From: Macrostomum lignano
Taxonomy: Eukaryota
NCBI GenBank assembly: GCA_002269645.1
Contig: NIVC01002820.1
Location: 1 to 64,000, forward strand
Direction of reading: 5' to 3'
DNA length: 64,000 nucleotides
Part shown: positions 22,688 to 34,876 of the stretch, piece by piece
Layout of the letters: each line of letters opens with the position of its first letter
How positions within the stretch are numbered: the first letter of the stretch is position 1
Made by a program: the position numbers and the translations under genes
The notes under the pieces: generated by a model
The model's database searches: none
What the model was told of the DNA's origin: nothing
Seen by the model: the letters and a program-made list of their open reading frames with translations, nothing else

Positions 22688-23924
22688 CTGTGGCCATAGA
22701 CTAAAATATAGTTCCTGCTCTCATTTGCCTCAAGCACTACTTCTAGTAAATGCAAGGGCTTGCTAGTTATGATAGTTTATAGAAAAAATATGTATATGGC
22801 CGCAAATTGTAGACTAATAAATCCGTGTATAAGACTACTGCTAGACAATATCTCTATCTCAATCGCTATCTCAACTAGCGGCCCTGTAGCATGAAGATTT
22901 CCAAGTGTTTTTGAACTCATTCTATTGACAGCTATCAGATCAACTTCTCTTTTTAGTTTTATTCATCGCCTAATGTATTGGCTGGGTGGGTTTGCTTGGT
23001 GTGCTAAACCAAAATATTATATATATATGATGATAAAATCAAAGTTTAGTAGTAGTAGTAGTAGTAGACTCGGGACATGGACAGAATTTTTGCGCTGCTT
23101 TCAAACTCGATGCAGCTGGGATAGAAGGTCTGTGTGATATCTATGTGAATAAACTTGCGTAGTGTGAGCCTATGGGTCTGGAGAGGGACAGACAGACCAA
23201 CAGAGCAAAGCTATATCACACAGCTTAGATTTATATAATGTATTCGTTAAAACAAAGACTCCAGGGAAGGAGATAGTGTGGCCAATCACAAGTGAGCTTT
23301 TTTTAACCTGCCATTTTTATATTGTTCTTTTCTGTAGCTGACAATTTCTGCGCCAGAGGTTGCTACTTGTTGCCAAGCAGAATTTCTCTTTCATTTTGCA
23401 CAGATACCTGTGCCTGTCTACCTTTTCTTCAGTAGATTTATTTTAGTTTTTTTTTACTAACTAGCTCTGCCAATCTTTTTTGTTTTACTATGTAGTGCTA
23501 TAGCAGTACAGATTTTAGTCTTATTCAATAATAAATTGTTCAACAATATACTCGTCTGTTTTTTGCATTGAAGAAGTTCGGGTTGTGTGAGTTTACATTT
23601 CTTAGCTAATCAATAATCTGTATTTTATTTTATTGCATTAAATGCGTAACGGATTAAATCCGTCAACTGTTTGGTAATCTTTCCAGGATTTACAGTTCTC
23701 TTTTTGAATTTTTATTTAATAAGCACCAGTAGCAGTAGAATTCTATAAAAATCCTTTCACCTGCCTAATATTTCTAAGAATCGCCTATCTCTTACTTTCC
23801 AAGAACATCATCTCCATTTTCGTTTGCTAAGAATTGTCAGCCACTTCTTCGTTTCCAAGAATTTCCTTCACTTTCTGAGAGTTATTTGTCCTTTCGTTTC
23901 TTAAAAAATAAGATTACTTTCTAG

Positions 23925-24720
23925 GAATCGCATGTCTATTCTATTCCTTTCTAAGACTCGCATGTCTATCTATTCCTTTCTAAGAATCGCATGTCTATCT
24001 ATTCCTTTCTAGTAATCGCATGTCTATTCTATTCCTTTCTAAGAATCGCATGTCTATCCATTCCTTTCTAAGCATCGCATGTCTATCCATTCCTTTCTAA
24101 GAATCGCATGTCTATCTATTCCTTTCTAAGAATCGCATGTCTATCTATTCCTTTCTAGGAGTCGTCTACCTGTTCATTTTTTCTTATAATCGCATGTCTA
24201 TCTATTCCTTTCTAAGAATCGCATGCATGTCTATCTCTTCCTTTCTAAGAATCGCATGTCTATCTATTCCTTTCTAAGAATCGCATGTCTATCTCTTCCT
24301 TTCTAAGAATCGCATGCATGTCTATCTCTTCCTTTCTAAGAATCGCACGTCTATCTCTTCCTTTCTAAGAATCGCATGCATGTCTATCTCTTCCTTTCTA
24401 AGAATCGCATGCATGTCTATCTCTTCCTTTCTAAGAATCGCATGTCTATCTATTCCTTTCTAAGAATCGCATGTCTATCTATTCCTTTCTAAGAATCGCA
24501 TGTCTATCTATTCCTTTCTAAGAATCGCATGTCTATCTCTTCCTTTCTAAGAATCGCATGCATGTCTATCTCTTCCTTTCTAAGAATCGCATGTCTATCT
24601 ATTCCTTTCTAAGAATCGCATGTCTATCTATTCCTTTCTAGGAGTCGTCTACCTGTCCATTTTTTCTTATAATCGCCTGGCCTATCTATCCATTCCTTTC
24701 TAAGAATTGCCTGTTTTTTA
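23925..24720. repeat. 29-bp minisatellite
   Basis: Unit TCGCATGTCTATCTATTCCTTTCTAAGAA with variants. Confidence 0.95.
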
Positions 24721-25079
24721 AAGAATTGCGACAGTTTTATGCCTGACAATTGCTGTCCAAGCTTTCTAGGATTATCCAGGATGTCTGTTTTCTTACCTTC
24801 CTAGAATCACAGGGATTTCATATTTAACAACCCGAATTTCCGAAACTTCTGTCTGCGCAGTCGACGACGGCTGTTCGGCAGGCTGCCGCTGCAGACACCG
24901 GCGGCAGCGGCGACGGCCCTTCAGAATGGACACTGCCAGACTCTGCTACTGTTAGTAGTGCTTGCGCTACTGGCGCGCCCGAACTCGCTGTGAACGGCGT
25001 GCCGGAATCAGCGGTGGAGCCGCAGCAGCGCCATCAGCCCGAAGACTCCGCAGCCTCGCCGCATCCGAACCACCGGGAG

Positions 25080-28000
25080 ATGCTGTCCTACGCCGAGCTC
25101 GAGTTGAATTATAACGACGAACGCGACGCCTGGTCGGACGCGATGCGTCGAGTTGAACGATTAACTCAGCGCGACTCGTTCGCTTTGACAACCGACGCCG
25201 CCCGGTTGCCTGGCAACGAGCGACGCAATCGCTACGCGGATCTGGTGCCGTACGACTGGAGCCGCGTCCGGCTGGCCGGCTCGCCTGGCGGCAGCGACTA
25301 CATCAATGCCAGCAGGCTGGATCTGCGACGGGCTGGTGAGGCTCTGGTCGGGGCTTTGGTCACCTGTCCCTGACCAACACAGGACCCCCTGTCCCTGACC
25401 AACACAGGACCCCCTGTCCCTGACCAACACAGGACCCCCTGTCCCTGACCAACACAGGACCCCCTGTCCCTGACCAACACAGGACCCCCTGTCCCTGACC
25501 AACACAGGACCCCCTGTCCCTGACCAACACAGGACCCCCTGTCCCTGACCAACACAGGACCCCCTGTCCCTGACCAACACAGGACCCCCTGTCCCTGACC
25601 AACACAGGACCCCCTGTCCCTGACCAACACAGGACCCCCTGTCCCTGACCAACACAGGACCCCCTGTCCCTGACCAACACAGGACCCCCTGTCCCTGACC
25701 AACACAGGACCCCCTGTCCCTGACCAACACAGGACCCCCTGTCCCTGACCAACACAGGACCCCCTGTCCCTGACCAACACAGGACCCCCTGTCCCTGACC
25801 AACACAGGACCCCCTGTCCCTGACCAACACAGGACCCCCTGTCCCTGACCAACACAGGACCCCCTGTCCCTGACCAACACAGGACCCCTTGTCCCTGACC
25901 AACACAGGACCCCCTGTCCCTGACCAACACAGGACCCCCTGTCCCTGACCAACACAGGACCCCCTGTCCCTGACCAACACAGGACCCCCTGTCCCTGACC
26001 AACACAGGACCCCCTGTCCCTGACCAACACAGGACCCCCTGTCCCTGACCAACACAGGACCCCCTGTCCCTGACCAACACAGGACCCCCTGTCCCTGACC
26101 AACACAGGACCCCCTGTCCCTGACCAACACAGGACCCCCTGTCCCTGACCAACACAGGACCCCCTGTCCCTGACCAACACAGGACCCCCTGTCCCTGACC
26201 AACACAGGACCCCCTGTCCCTGACCAACACAGGACCCCCTGTCCCTGACCAACACAGGACCCCCTGTCCCTGATCAACACAGGACCCCCTGTCCCTGACC
26301 AACACAGGACCCCCTGTCCCTGACCAACACAGGACCCCCTGTCCCTGACCAACACAGGACCCCCTGTCCCTGACCAACACAGGACCCCCTGTCCCTGACC
26401 AACACAGGACCCCCTGTCCCTGACCAACACAGGACCCCCTGTCCCTGACCAACACAGGACCCCTGTCCCTGACCAACACAGGACCCTCTGTCCCTGACCA
26501 CACAGGACCCCCTGTCCCTGACCTACACAATTGGACCCCCTGTCCCTGACCGACACAGGACCCCCTGTCCCTGACCTACACAATTGGACCCCCTGTCCCT
26601 GACCGACACAGGACCCCCTGTCCCTGACCGACACAGGACCCCCTGTCCCTGACCGACACAGGACCCCCTGTCCCTGACCGACACAGGACCCCCTGTCCCT
26701 GACCAACACAGGACCCCCTGTCCCTGATCAACACAGGACCCCCTGTCCCTGACCAACACAGGACCCCCTGTCCCTGACCAACACAGGACCCCCTGTCCCT
26801 GACCAACACAGGACCCCCTGTCCCTGACCAACACAGGACCCCCTGTCCCTGACCAACACAGGACCCCCTGTCCCTGACCAACACAGGACCCCCTGTCCCT
26901 GACCAACACAGGACCCCCTGTCCCTGACCACACAGAACCCCCTGTCCCTGACCACACAGGACCCCCTGTCCCTGACCACACAGGACCCCCTGTCCCTGAC
27001 CAACACAGCATCTCCCTGTCCCTGACTAACCCCGGAGAATTGCCTCTTTAGCAAAATATCTAGTTTAAAGTGCTTATTCTCACTGACTACATTCTACTTT
27101 AGCGAGTTGTGAACGCAAATTTTCTGTGAATGCATTCCCAGGTCGCGAGTACCTGATCACGCAGGGTCCGTTGCCGCACACCAGCTCGCACTTTTGGCTC
27201 ATGACCTGGCAGGCGGGCAGTCGAGGTGTACTCATGCTGTGCCGCACCTTGGAGGCCGACTGCTTGAAGAAGTGCGCGAGATACTATCCCACTGCCCAGG
27301 AGCCCAGGTGAGCTGAGAAAGCTTTCTACATTTGAGATCAAGGCTGATTCTGTGGGAGTATTGATTGGATAACTGATTGGAAACTGAGTGAACCAATAAG
27401 GGATATTTAAGTGAATCAACAAGGGATATTCAAGACACTCGAGTTCAGCAGGGGTATATTTATCTGCACTCGCTGCCCGAACATCCCGGATCGCCGCCCC
27501 GCCCCAGGCTGGACTTTCCCGACGTGCACCTGACTGTCGAGCTGCTCAGCGAGTCGCCAAGCGGCCCCGCCGACGACCCTGACGCCGATCCGTGGATCGA
27601 ACGGCGGCTCCGGCTGATCCACAGCGGCGGAGACGCGGACGACGGGACTCGAACTCGCGACCTTATCCACCTGCAGTTCACCGCTTGGCCGGACTTTGGC
27701 CAGCCGCCCACCGGCCCGGCCGCCTTCCTCAACTACCTGGCCGCCGCTCGGGCCGCCGGCCTATTCGACGACCCGTCGGCGCCCCTGATTGTCCACTGCT
27801 CGGCCGGGGCCGGACGGGCCGGCTGCCTCGTCCTGGTGGACTCCTGTCTGGCCATCGCCGGCCGGCAGGGCACCCTGTACGGCCTGGACCCGCTGCAGGA
27901 GCTGCGCAGGATGCGGGCGCAGCGGCCCGGCCTGGTGCAGACGCCCGGCCAGTTGCGCTTCTGCTTCCGGGCGATCGTGACCGGCGCGAGGGGCCTCCTG

Positions 28001-29869
28001 GCTGCCGGTGACGGCCGCCTGCCCCGGTTCCGGCCGGAGGACTGCCCGGATCGGTAGGGGAATTCTGAGCACTGGCGAGTGTCTGTGCTCACTGGCTATG
28101 AGTAGGAATTGCAGGTTCAATTTACTCTCTGGGCACTCCTTGTGCTTTATTGGCTCTAAGCATTCGCTTGTTGCTTGATTGAGCACTATCTATCCGCTCT
28201 CCATTGATATCTGGTTTGGTCAAGCTGAGCTCTCGGCGTCTCTCTGAGCACTAGATATTTCTTTAACATCTGATTCCGTCTCTGCTTGAGCACTCTGATT
28301 ATAATTAGTTTAATAAACCCTAGCAGCATAACATGGTTGCTTAGTGGCATTGTTACAATGCTGGAATACGAATCTAATCAGATCGGAACACTCCTAGTTC
28401 CCTGGGAGTACTAATCTGAGCACTCCTAGTACCCTGGGAGTACTAATCTGAGCACTCCTAGTACCCTGGGAGTACTAATCTGAGCACTTCTAGTACCCTG
28501 GGAGTACTAATCTGAGCACTCCTAGTACCCTGGGAGTACTAATCTGAGCACTCCTAGTACCCTGGGAGTACTAATCTGAGCGCAGGGCTGGGGGTTGGGG
28601 GCAAAACTCACAGAGTTGAAGGGCGAGAGGGAAGGCTAGCCAATCAGGTGCCTCCGCGGCGAGACACATGATTGGACTAGCCCACGCGCGCGAGAGAGAG
28701 AGAGAGAGAGAGAGAGATGAAAATACGCCATCCAATGAAAATGTGGGCTGATGAAAGTGAGAGCAAAAAATGAATAGCAGCTTTAGACGGAGGGGGCAAG
28801 CCAGAAAAAACCAGTGGCAGGGAGAGGAGGGGCGGAGAGCCCAGAGTTTGGGGCAAGGGCATTGCGAGGCGCAGCTCACAACATAAGCACTTCCATGTGT
28901 TTTGGCACACCAATCTAAGCACTCCCAGCCATCTGGGCACACCAATCTAAGCACTCCAAGCCATCTGAGCACACCAATCTAAGCACTACCAGCCATCTGG
29001 GCACACCAATCTAAGCACTCCCAGCCATCTGAGCACACCAATCTAAGCACTCCCAGCCATCTGGGCACACCAATCTAAGCACTCCCAGCCATCTGGGCAC
29101 ACCAATCTAAGCACTCCCAGCCATCTGGGCACACCAATCTAAGCACTCCCAGCCATCTGGGCACACCAATCTAAGCACTCCCAGCCATCTGGGCACACCA
29201 ATCTAAGCACTCCCAGCCATCTGGGCACACCAATCTAAGCACTCCCAGCCATCTGGGCACACCAATCTAAGCACTCCCAGCCATCTGGGCACACCAATCT
29301 AAGCACTCCCAGCCATCTGAGCACACCAATCTAAGCACTCCCAGCCATCTGAGCACACCAATCTAAGCACTCCCAGCCATCTGGGCACACCAATCTAAGC
29401 ACTCCCAGCCATCTGGGCACACCAATCTAAGCACTCCCGCCTATCCACCAACAGGCCGCCGCCAGCCCTGGCCGCCCCGGAGCCCGACATCGAGGAGCTG
29501 CTGCGGCAAAACCTCGAAGCCCAGGGCCGCAACCTGCACAGCTGCCGGCGCGGCTCCGCCCTGCCTGACCGGCTCGACGACGGCGACGGCGACGTCCTCA
29601 ACGATTCGCCGACGCCTCCGTCGACACCGTCGCCGTATTCGACTCATGGCGGTCCGCGGCGCCGGCCGCTGGCTGAGCGCAGCGAGCGAAGCCGCGCCGA
29701 TGCAGCCGCCATGCGGCTGGCGGCCGCCGCTGCTGGCAGCCGTCCGGCGACCTGGCGGCTGCTGCTGCGCCGCCTGCTGCTCCTGCCGCCCGTGCCGACT
29801 GCGGCTGCCGTCCTGGCCTGCGTGTTGGCCTTCTGGGTTGCCGCCTGGGGCAGACGGGTTGCCGTGTAG
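25080..29869 (+). CDS. PTPN1/PTPN2-like: Non-receptor protein tyrosine phosphatase, PTP1B/TC-PTP (PTPN1/2)-like, 4 exons, 460 aa, C-terminal tail anchor
   Basis: Exons 25080-25335, 27142-27307, 27508-28053, 29455-29869 (GT-AG, phases 1/2/2, 1383 nt). Motifs RNRYADLVPYD, DYINAS, YLITQGP, WPDFG, VHCSAGAGRAG, VQTPGQLRF; hydrophobic end AAAVLACVLAFWVAAWGRRVAV*. The frame is also open upstream from an acceptor at 24860. Confidence 0.9.
25363..27025. repeat. 25-bp minisatellite (about 66 copies) filling PTP intron 1
   Basis: Unit AGGACCCCCTGTCCCTGACCAACAC, highly homogeneous. Confidence 0.97.
28390..29437. repeat. Two 32-bp arrays (about 28390-28580 and 28905-29437) in PTP intron 3, flanking a spacer with (GA)n
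   Basis: Units GAGTACTAATCTGAGCACTCCTAGTACCCTGG and GCACACCAATCTAAGCACTCCCAGCCATCTGG. Confidence 0.92.
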
Positions 29870-29929
29870 ACGGGTTTGCAGCTGACTGCGGACTCTGGAG
29901 AACCTGTGCTGGCCCACCGCTGCCCTCCC

Positions 29930-30210
29930 AGCTCCTCAATTGCTCGGCCAGCCTCCCAGATCCTCAGTTGCTGGGCCAAGCTCCCAGATCCTCAGTTGCT
30001 GGGCCAGCCTCCCAGATCCTCAGTTGCTGGGCCAGCCTCCCAGATCCTCAGTTGCTGGGCCAGCCTCCCAGATCCTCAGTTGCTGGGCCAGCCTCCCAGA
30101 TCCTCAGTTGCTGGGCCAGCCTCCCAGATCCTCAGTTGCTGGGCCAGCCTCCCAGATCCTCAGTTGCTGGGCCAGCCTCCCAGATCCTCAGTTGCTGGGC
30201 CAGCCTCCCA
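29930..30210. repeat. 28-bp minisatellite downstream of the PTP stop
   Basis: Unit GCTGGGCCAGCCTCCCAGATCCTCAGTT, about 10 copies. Confidence 0.95.
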
Positions 30211-30864
30211 GATAAAAAAATAATGATCAGAAAACCGATTTATGCATTCATGCCTTTTAAATGAAATTTTTTATTGTCAAAAATTTGTGTCAATTTTATA
30301 ATTTACTAAGAAGCACAGCATTGAATTTAGTCACAGCGTCAATTGATTTTATCCATCATATACTACTCAGTGGCTAAGTGATAGTAGGCAGATGTAGATT
30401 CGGTTATTATTTTCGCTGCCTAAGTACTGCGCGCTTCCTTATTTTGTTGAGATATCTGACCGAGTTTAAGATTCACACAATATACATTTAGGCCCACTCG
30501 ATCATGCTAAGCGTTCACTTTTTATTCAAGTATTTTTGGAGCCACTGTATTTTAGCGATTATACTGTCATGAAAATGAATTTCTTGCAGTTCTATCGTGC
30601 ATATTTTTCTAAATAATATTGTACTTTACTATTTTTATTGCCTACGAGTAGTGAATAACATGGTTTTGTTATACTATGATATGTAAGAGCCTGTTCATTC
30701 GTTAGATTGACGGCTGTTTTAACATTTATATAACGGCTCAATATTGAAATCTTGCAATAATACTGTTTGATTTCAGCCTGACAATTTTATTATTTTTCAC
30801 TGACAATTGATCCTTTTTATTTGCTTCCTACTTTTACAGCCGAAAAAAGCATAGAATTTATAGT

Positions 30865-32320
30865 GATGTCATTGATTGATGCCAGACGTCATTGATTGAT
30901 GCCAGGTGTCATTGATTGAGTCCAGGTGTCATTGATTGATTCCAGGTGTCATTGATTGATTCCAGACGTCATTGATTGATGCCAGGTGTCATTGATTGAG
31001 TCCAGGTGTCATTGATTGATTCCAGGTGTCATTGATTGATGCCAGGTGTCATTGATTGATTCCAGGTGTCATTGATTGATGCCAGGTGTCATTGCTTGAT
31101 TCCAGGAGTCATTGATTGATGCCAGGTGTCATTGATTGATTCCAGGTGTCATTGATTGAGTCCAGGTGTCATTGATTGTTTCCAGGTGTCATTGATTGAT
31201 GCCAGGCGTCTTTAATTGAGTCCAGGTGTCATTGATTAAGTCCAGGTGTCATTGATTGATTCCAGGTGTCATTGATTGATTCCAGGTGTCATTGATTGAT
31301 TCCAGGTGTCATTGATTGATTCCAGGTGTCATTGATTGATGCCAGGTGTCATTGATTGATTCCAGGTGTCATTGATTGAGTCCAGGTGTCATTGATTGTT
31401 TCCAGGTGTCATTGATTGATGCCAGGCGTCTTTAATTGAGTCCAGGTGTCATTGATTGAGTCCAGGTGTCATTGATTGATTCCAGGTGTCATTGATTGAT
31501 TCCAGGTGTCATTAATGATTCCAGGTGTCATTGATTGAGTCCAGGTGTCATTGATTGAGTCCAGGTGTCATTGATTGATTCCAGGTGTCATTGATTGATT
31601 CCAGGTGTCATTGATTGATGCCAGGCGTCTTTAATTGAGTCCAGGTGTCATTGATTGATTCCAGGTGTCATTGATTGATTCCAGGTGTCATTGATTGATT
31701 CCAGGTGTCATTGATTGATGCCAGGTGTCATTGCTTGATTCCAGGAGTCATTGATTGATGCCAGGTGTCATTGATTGATTCCAGGTGTCATTGATTGAGT
31801 CCAGGTGTCATTGATTGTTTCCAGGTGTCATTGATTGATGCCAGGCGTCTTTAATTGAGTCCAGGTGTCATTGATTGAGTCCAGGTGTCATTGATTGATT
31901 CCAGGTGTCATTGATTGATTCCAGGTGTCATTGATTGATTCCAGGTGTCATTGATTGAGTCCAGGTGTCATTGATTGATTCCAGGTGTCATTGATTGATT
32001 CCAGGTGTCATTGATTGATTCCAGGTGTCATTGATTGAGTCCAGGTGTCATTGATTGAGTCCAGGTGTCATTGATTGATTCCAGGTGTCATTGATTGATT
32101 CCAGGTGTCATTTATTGAGTCCAGGTGTCATTGATTGATTCCAGGTGTCATTGATTGATTCCAGGTGTCATTGATTGATTCCAGGTGTCATTTATTAAGT
32201 CCAGGTGTCATTGATTGATTCCAGGTGTCATTGATTGATTCCAGGTGTCATTTATTGATGCCAGGTGTCATTGATTGAGTTCAGGTGTCATTGATTGATT
32301 CCAGGTGTCATTGACTGATG
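30865..32320. repeat. 20-bp minisatellite (about 70 copies) upstream of the MLLT10-like gene
   Basis: Unit TCCAGGTGTCATTGATTGAT with variants. Confidence 0.97.
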
Positions 32321-32447
32321 CCAGATGCCAGCAAGTCTCATAAGGTTCAGAAATCCCAGTTATCCCCACCCCATCATTCCAGAGTCTTTAAGCCCCGCTC
32401 AGCCCTGAAATCCCGCCGCCTGCTGCTGCGCCGCCAGACACCCGGGG

Positions 32448-34749
32448 ATGTTGCTGACGCCAGCAGCCCCCAGCTCAAACGGCTCCACCACTGCCGCCAA
32501 CGTCTGCGGCGTCTGCGGCTGCTCTGGCGGCCGCGCCGAGTTGCTCCGCTGCTCCGGCGGCCAGTGCGGCGGCGTCGCCGTGCATCGCGGCTGCTACGGC
32601 GTCGTTGAGGATTCGAACTCCGAACCACAAAAGAATTGGCTGTGCCGCCGGTGCGAGTTCCGGCACGAGCGTTCGGCCCGGGTCCGCTGCGAGCTCTGCC
32701 CGGTGCGCGGCGGCCCGCTGAAGCGGACGGACCGCGGCAGCGGCTGGTGCCACGTGCTGTGCGCCCTGGCCATCCCGGAGGTCTGCTTCGGCGACCTCGC
32801 CAGGCTGGAGCCGATCCTGCTGGCCGGCCTGCCCCCGACCGGCTCGCCCGGCCCTGCTGCCTGTGCGGCGACCCCGCCAGCTCCGGCTCGGTTGGCGTCG
32901 AGGCCATCGGCAGCGGCGGAGGCGGCGCCACCCTGCGGTGCCAGCGGTGCCGGCTGGGGCTGCACGCCACCTGCGCTCAGGCCAGGGGCCTGCTCAGACA
33001 GGTGAGTAATTCGCAGGCCAGCAGCAGCAGCAGCGGCGGTGGCGACCTGTCAGGCCAGAAGCCGTCCTTCGCAGCCTTCTGCCCGGCGCACGCGCCTCCG
33101 CCCACCTCATCGCCAGCCATGCGGCCGCTGCAGCCGCTGGCTGGCGAGAGCGGCGAAGCCACAACTCTGCCAAAGAAGCCGCCGCCGCCAACGCCGTCGC
33201 CCCGAGCCCGCGTGGCCGGCGAGAAGCTGCTCAAAAACAGCGGCGCCGCCAGTTCAAGCGGTTCTGACAGGCGGCGACTTCGCCCCACGCCGCGGCAGCA
33301 GCCGACGACAACGAAAGGTTCCGCCGCCTCGGCTGTCGCCCTTCGTCATCGGCGTCGCGCGATGCTCGCCTCGCTGCGCCTGCGCCAGCATCCGCCGACG
33401 CTCGCCGCTTCGACGTCGACTCCGACATCTGGCCGAACGACAACAACATCGACGTCGGCGACAAAACGGTCGCAGCCGCCGGCGCAGCAGCGTCTGCCGA
33501 AGCATCGCCGGCTGCTCCGCGATCGTCGCCAGCCGCCGAAGAAGTCGCAGCGGCTGCCACTGCTGCGCCCTGCGACGGAGCTCGGCGGCGATGGCGGCTC
33601 AGCCGGCACTTCGTCGGCGGCGGCGTCTGATGAGAATGATGCTGCGGAGGGCGATGAGGCGTCGTCCTCGCCATCGTCCGAGGAGGCGGACCCGACCAGC
33701 CTGGGCCCGGAGTTTCAGCCGGCATCGGCCGCCGCAGCTCCGTCTGCTGTCGATGCCGCTGGCGGCTACGCCGGGCCGTCCAGCCTGCCGGCCGGGCTCA
33801 GCCTGGGCGACCTGAACGATCCGGGCGGCGCGGCCGGCGCCGGGCTGTCGCTGGACGGCCTGCTGGACTGGCAGTGGCAGCAGACCGGCGACTTCCTCAT
33901 GCAGATGCTGGCCGGCTCCGAGCTGGCGCCGCTGCTCACCTGCCTGCACCGCCTGCAGCGAGACAACCGCGCCCTGGAGTCCGCCGCCCTGCGACTGCAG
34001 AGCCGTCGGGACCGGCTTGCCGCTCTGAACGCCAAGCTGCTGCACCACCGCTTCGAGCCGCTCGACTCCCCGCCTGCGTCTGCCGATCAGCCGGTGGTGC
34101 CTTCTCAACAGGAGGAATTCAAGAAGCCCGCTAATCCGCCTCAATCTGGTAATCCGCTTCAGTCCGCTAATCCACCTCAGTCCGCTAATCCACCGCCAAC
34201 GGTTAATCCGGCTCAAGCTAAAGTTCAACAGGCTAATCTGCGTCAGGTTAATCCTCATCACCTGGTTAATCCTCAGACTAATCCTAATTCTCAGGCTAAT
34301 CCCCATCACCTGGTTAATCCTCAGACTAATCCTAATCCTCAGGCTAATCCTCATCACCTGGTAAATCCTCAGACTAATCCTCAGACTAATCCTAATCCTC
34401 AGGCTAATCCTCATCACCTGGTTAATCCCCAGGCTAATCCAAATCCTTATCAGCCAGCTAATCCCTATTATCATGCTAATCCGTATTCGGCTAATCCACA
34501 TCTAGCCAGCCGCCATGAGGCGCCTAATCCGGCTCAATTCGTTAACCAGCGGCAGCCGCCTCAGCAGCCGCAGCACTTCAGGCAGCAGCCTGTTGGTCAT
34601 CGCATGCTCCAGGAGCACCAGCTGCAGCAGCAGCAGCAGCTCATGCCGCTCCCTGGCCAGCCGCTGGCCAACCAGTGGACCAACCAGCAGCTCGCCAACC
34701 AGCTGGCCCTCCTGGCCGGCTCCGCTCAGCTGCAGCTGTTCACGGGAGC

Positions 34750-34791
<42 letters not shown>

Positions 34792-34876
34792 GCGGTTTCA
34801 ACAGCACCCGGCACCGGCCACCGGGCCAATCAGGTTGGACTCGACCGCCGCCCAGCAGCAGCAGCGTAAGACTTGA
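32448..34876 (+). CDS. MLLT10: AF10/AF17-like PZP (PHD-Zn knuckle-PHD) plus octapeptide-leucine zipper chromatin protein; frameshifted as given
   Basis: PZP CGVC..VAVHRGCYG..WLCRRC..CELCP..GGPLKRTD..WCHVLCALAIPEV..EPI, continuing after a frameshift at 32832-32836 with CCLC..HATCAQARGLL..FCPAH. OM-LZ LDGLLDWQWQQTGDFL..LHRLQRDNRALE..LAALNAKL; Gln-rich tail. Confidence 0.85.

Noticed and set aside
25161-27054. Long minus-strand ORFs of 364-449 aa (GQGQGVLCWSGTGG repeats)
   Set aside because: Stop-free translations of the 25-bp intronic array in all frames; not genes.
33001-33015. GTGAGT...CAG as a micro-intron in MLLT10
   Set aside because: Only 15 nt, and the frame reads through it to the required FCPAH zinc ligands.
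32374-34807. Numerous minus-strand ORFs over MLLT10 (and similar antisense ORFs over SBNO, ELMOD and PTP exons)
   Set aside because: Expected shadow ORFs of GC-rich coding DNA with no recognisable motifs.
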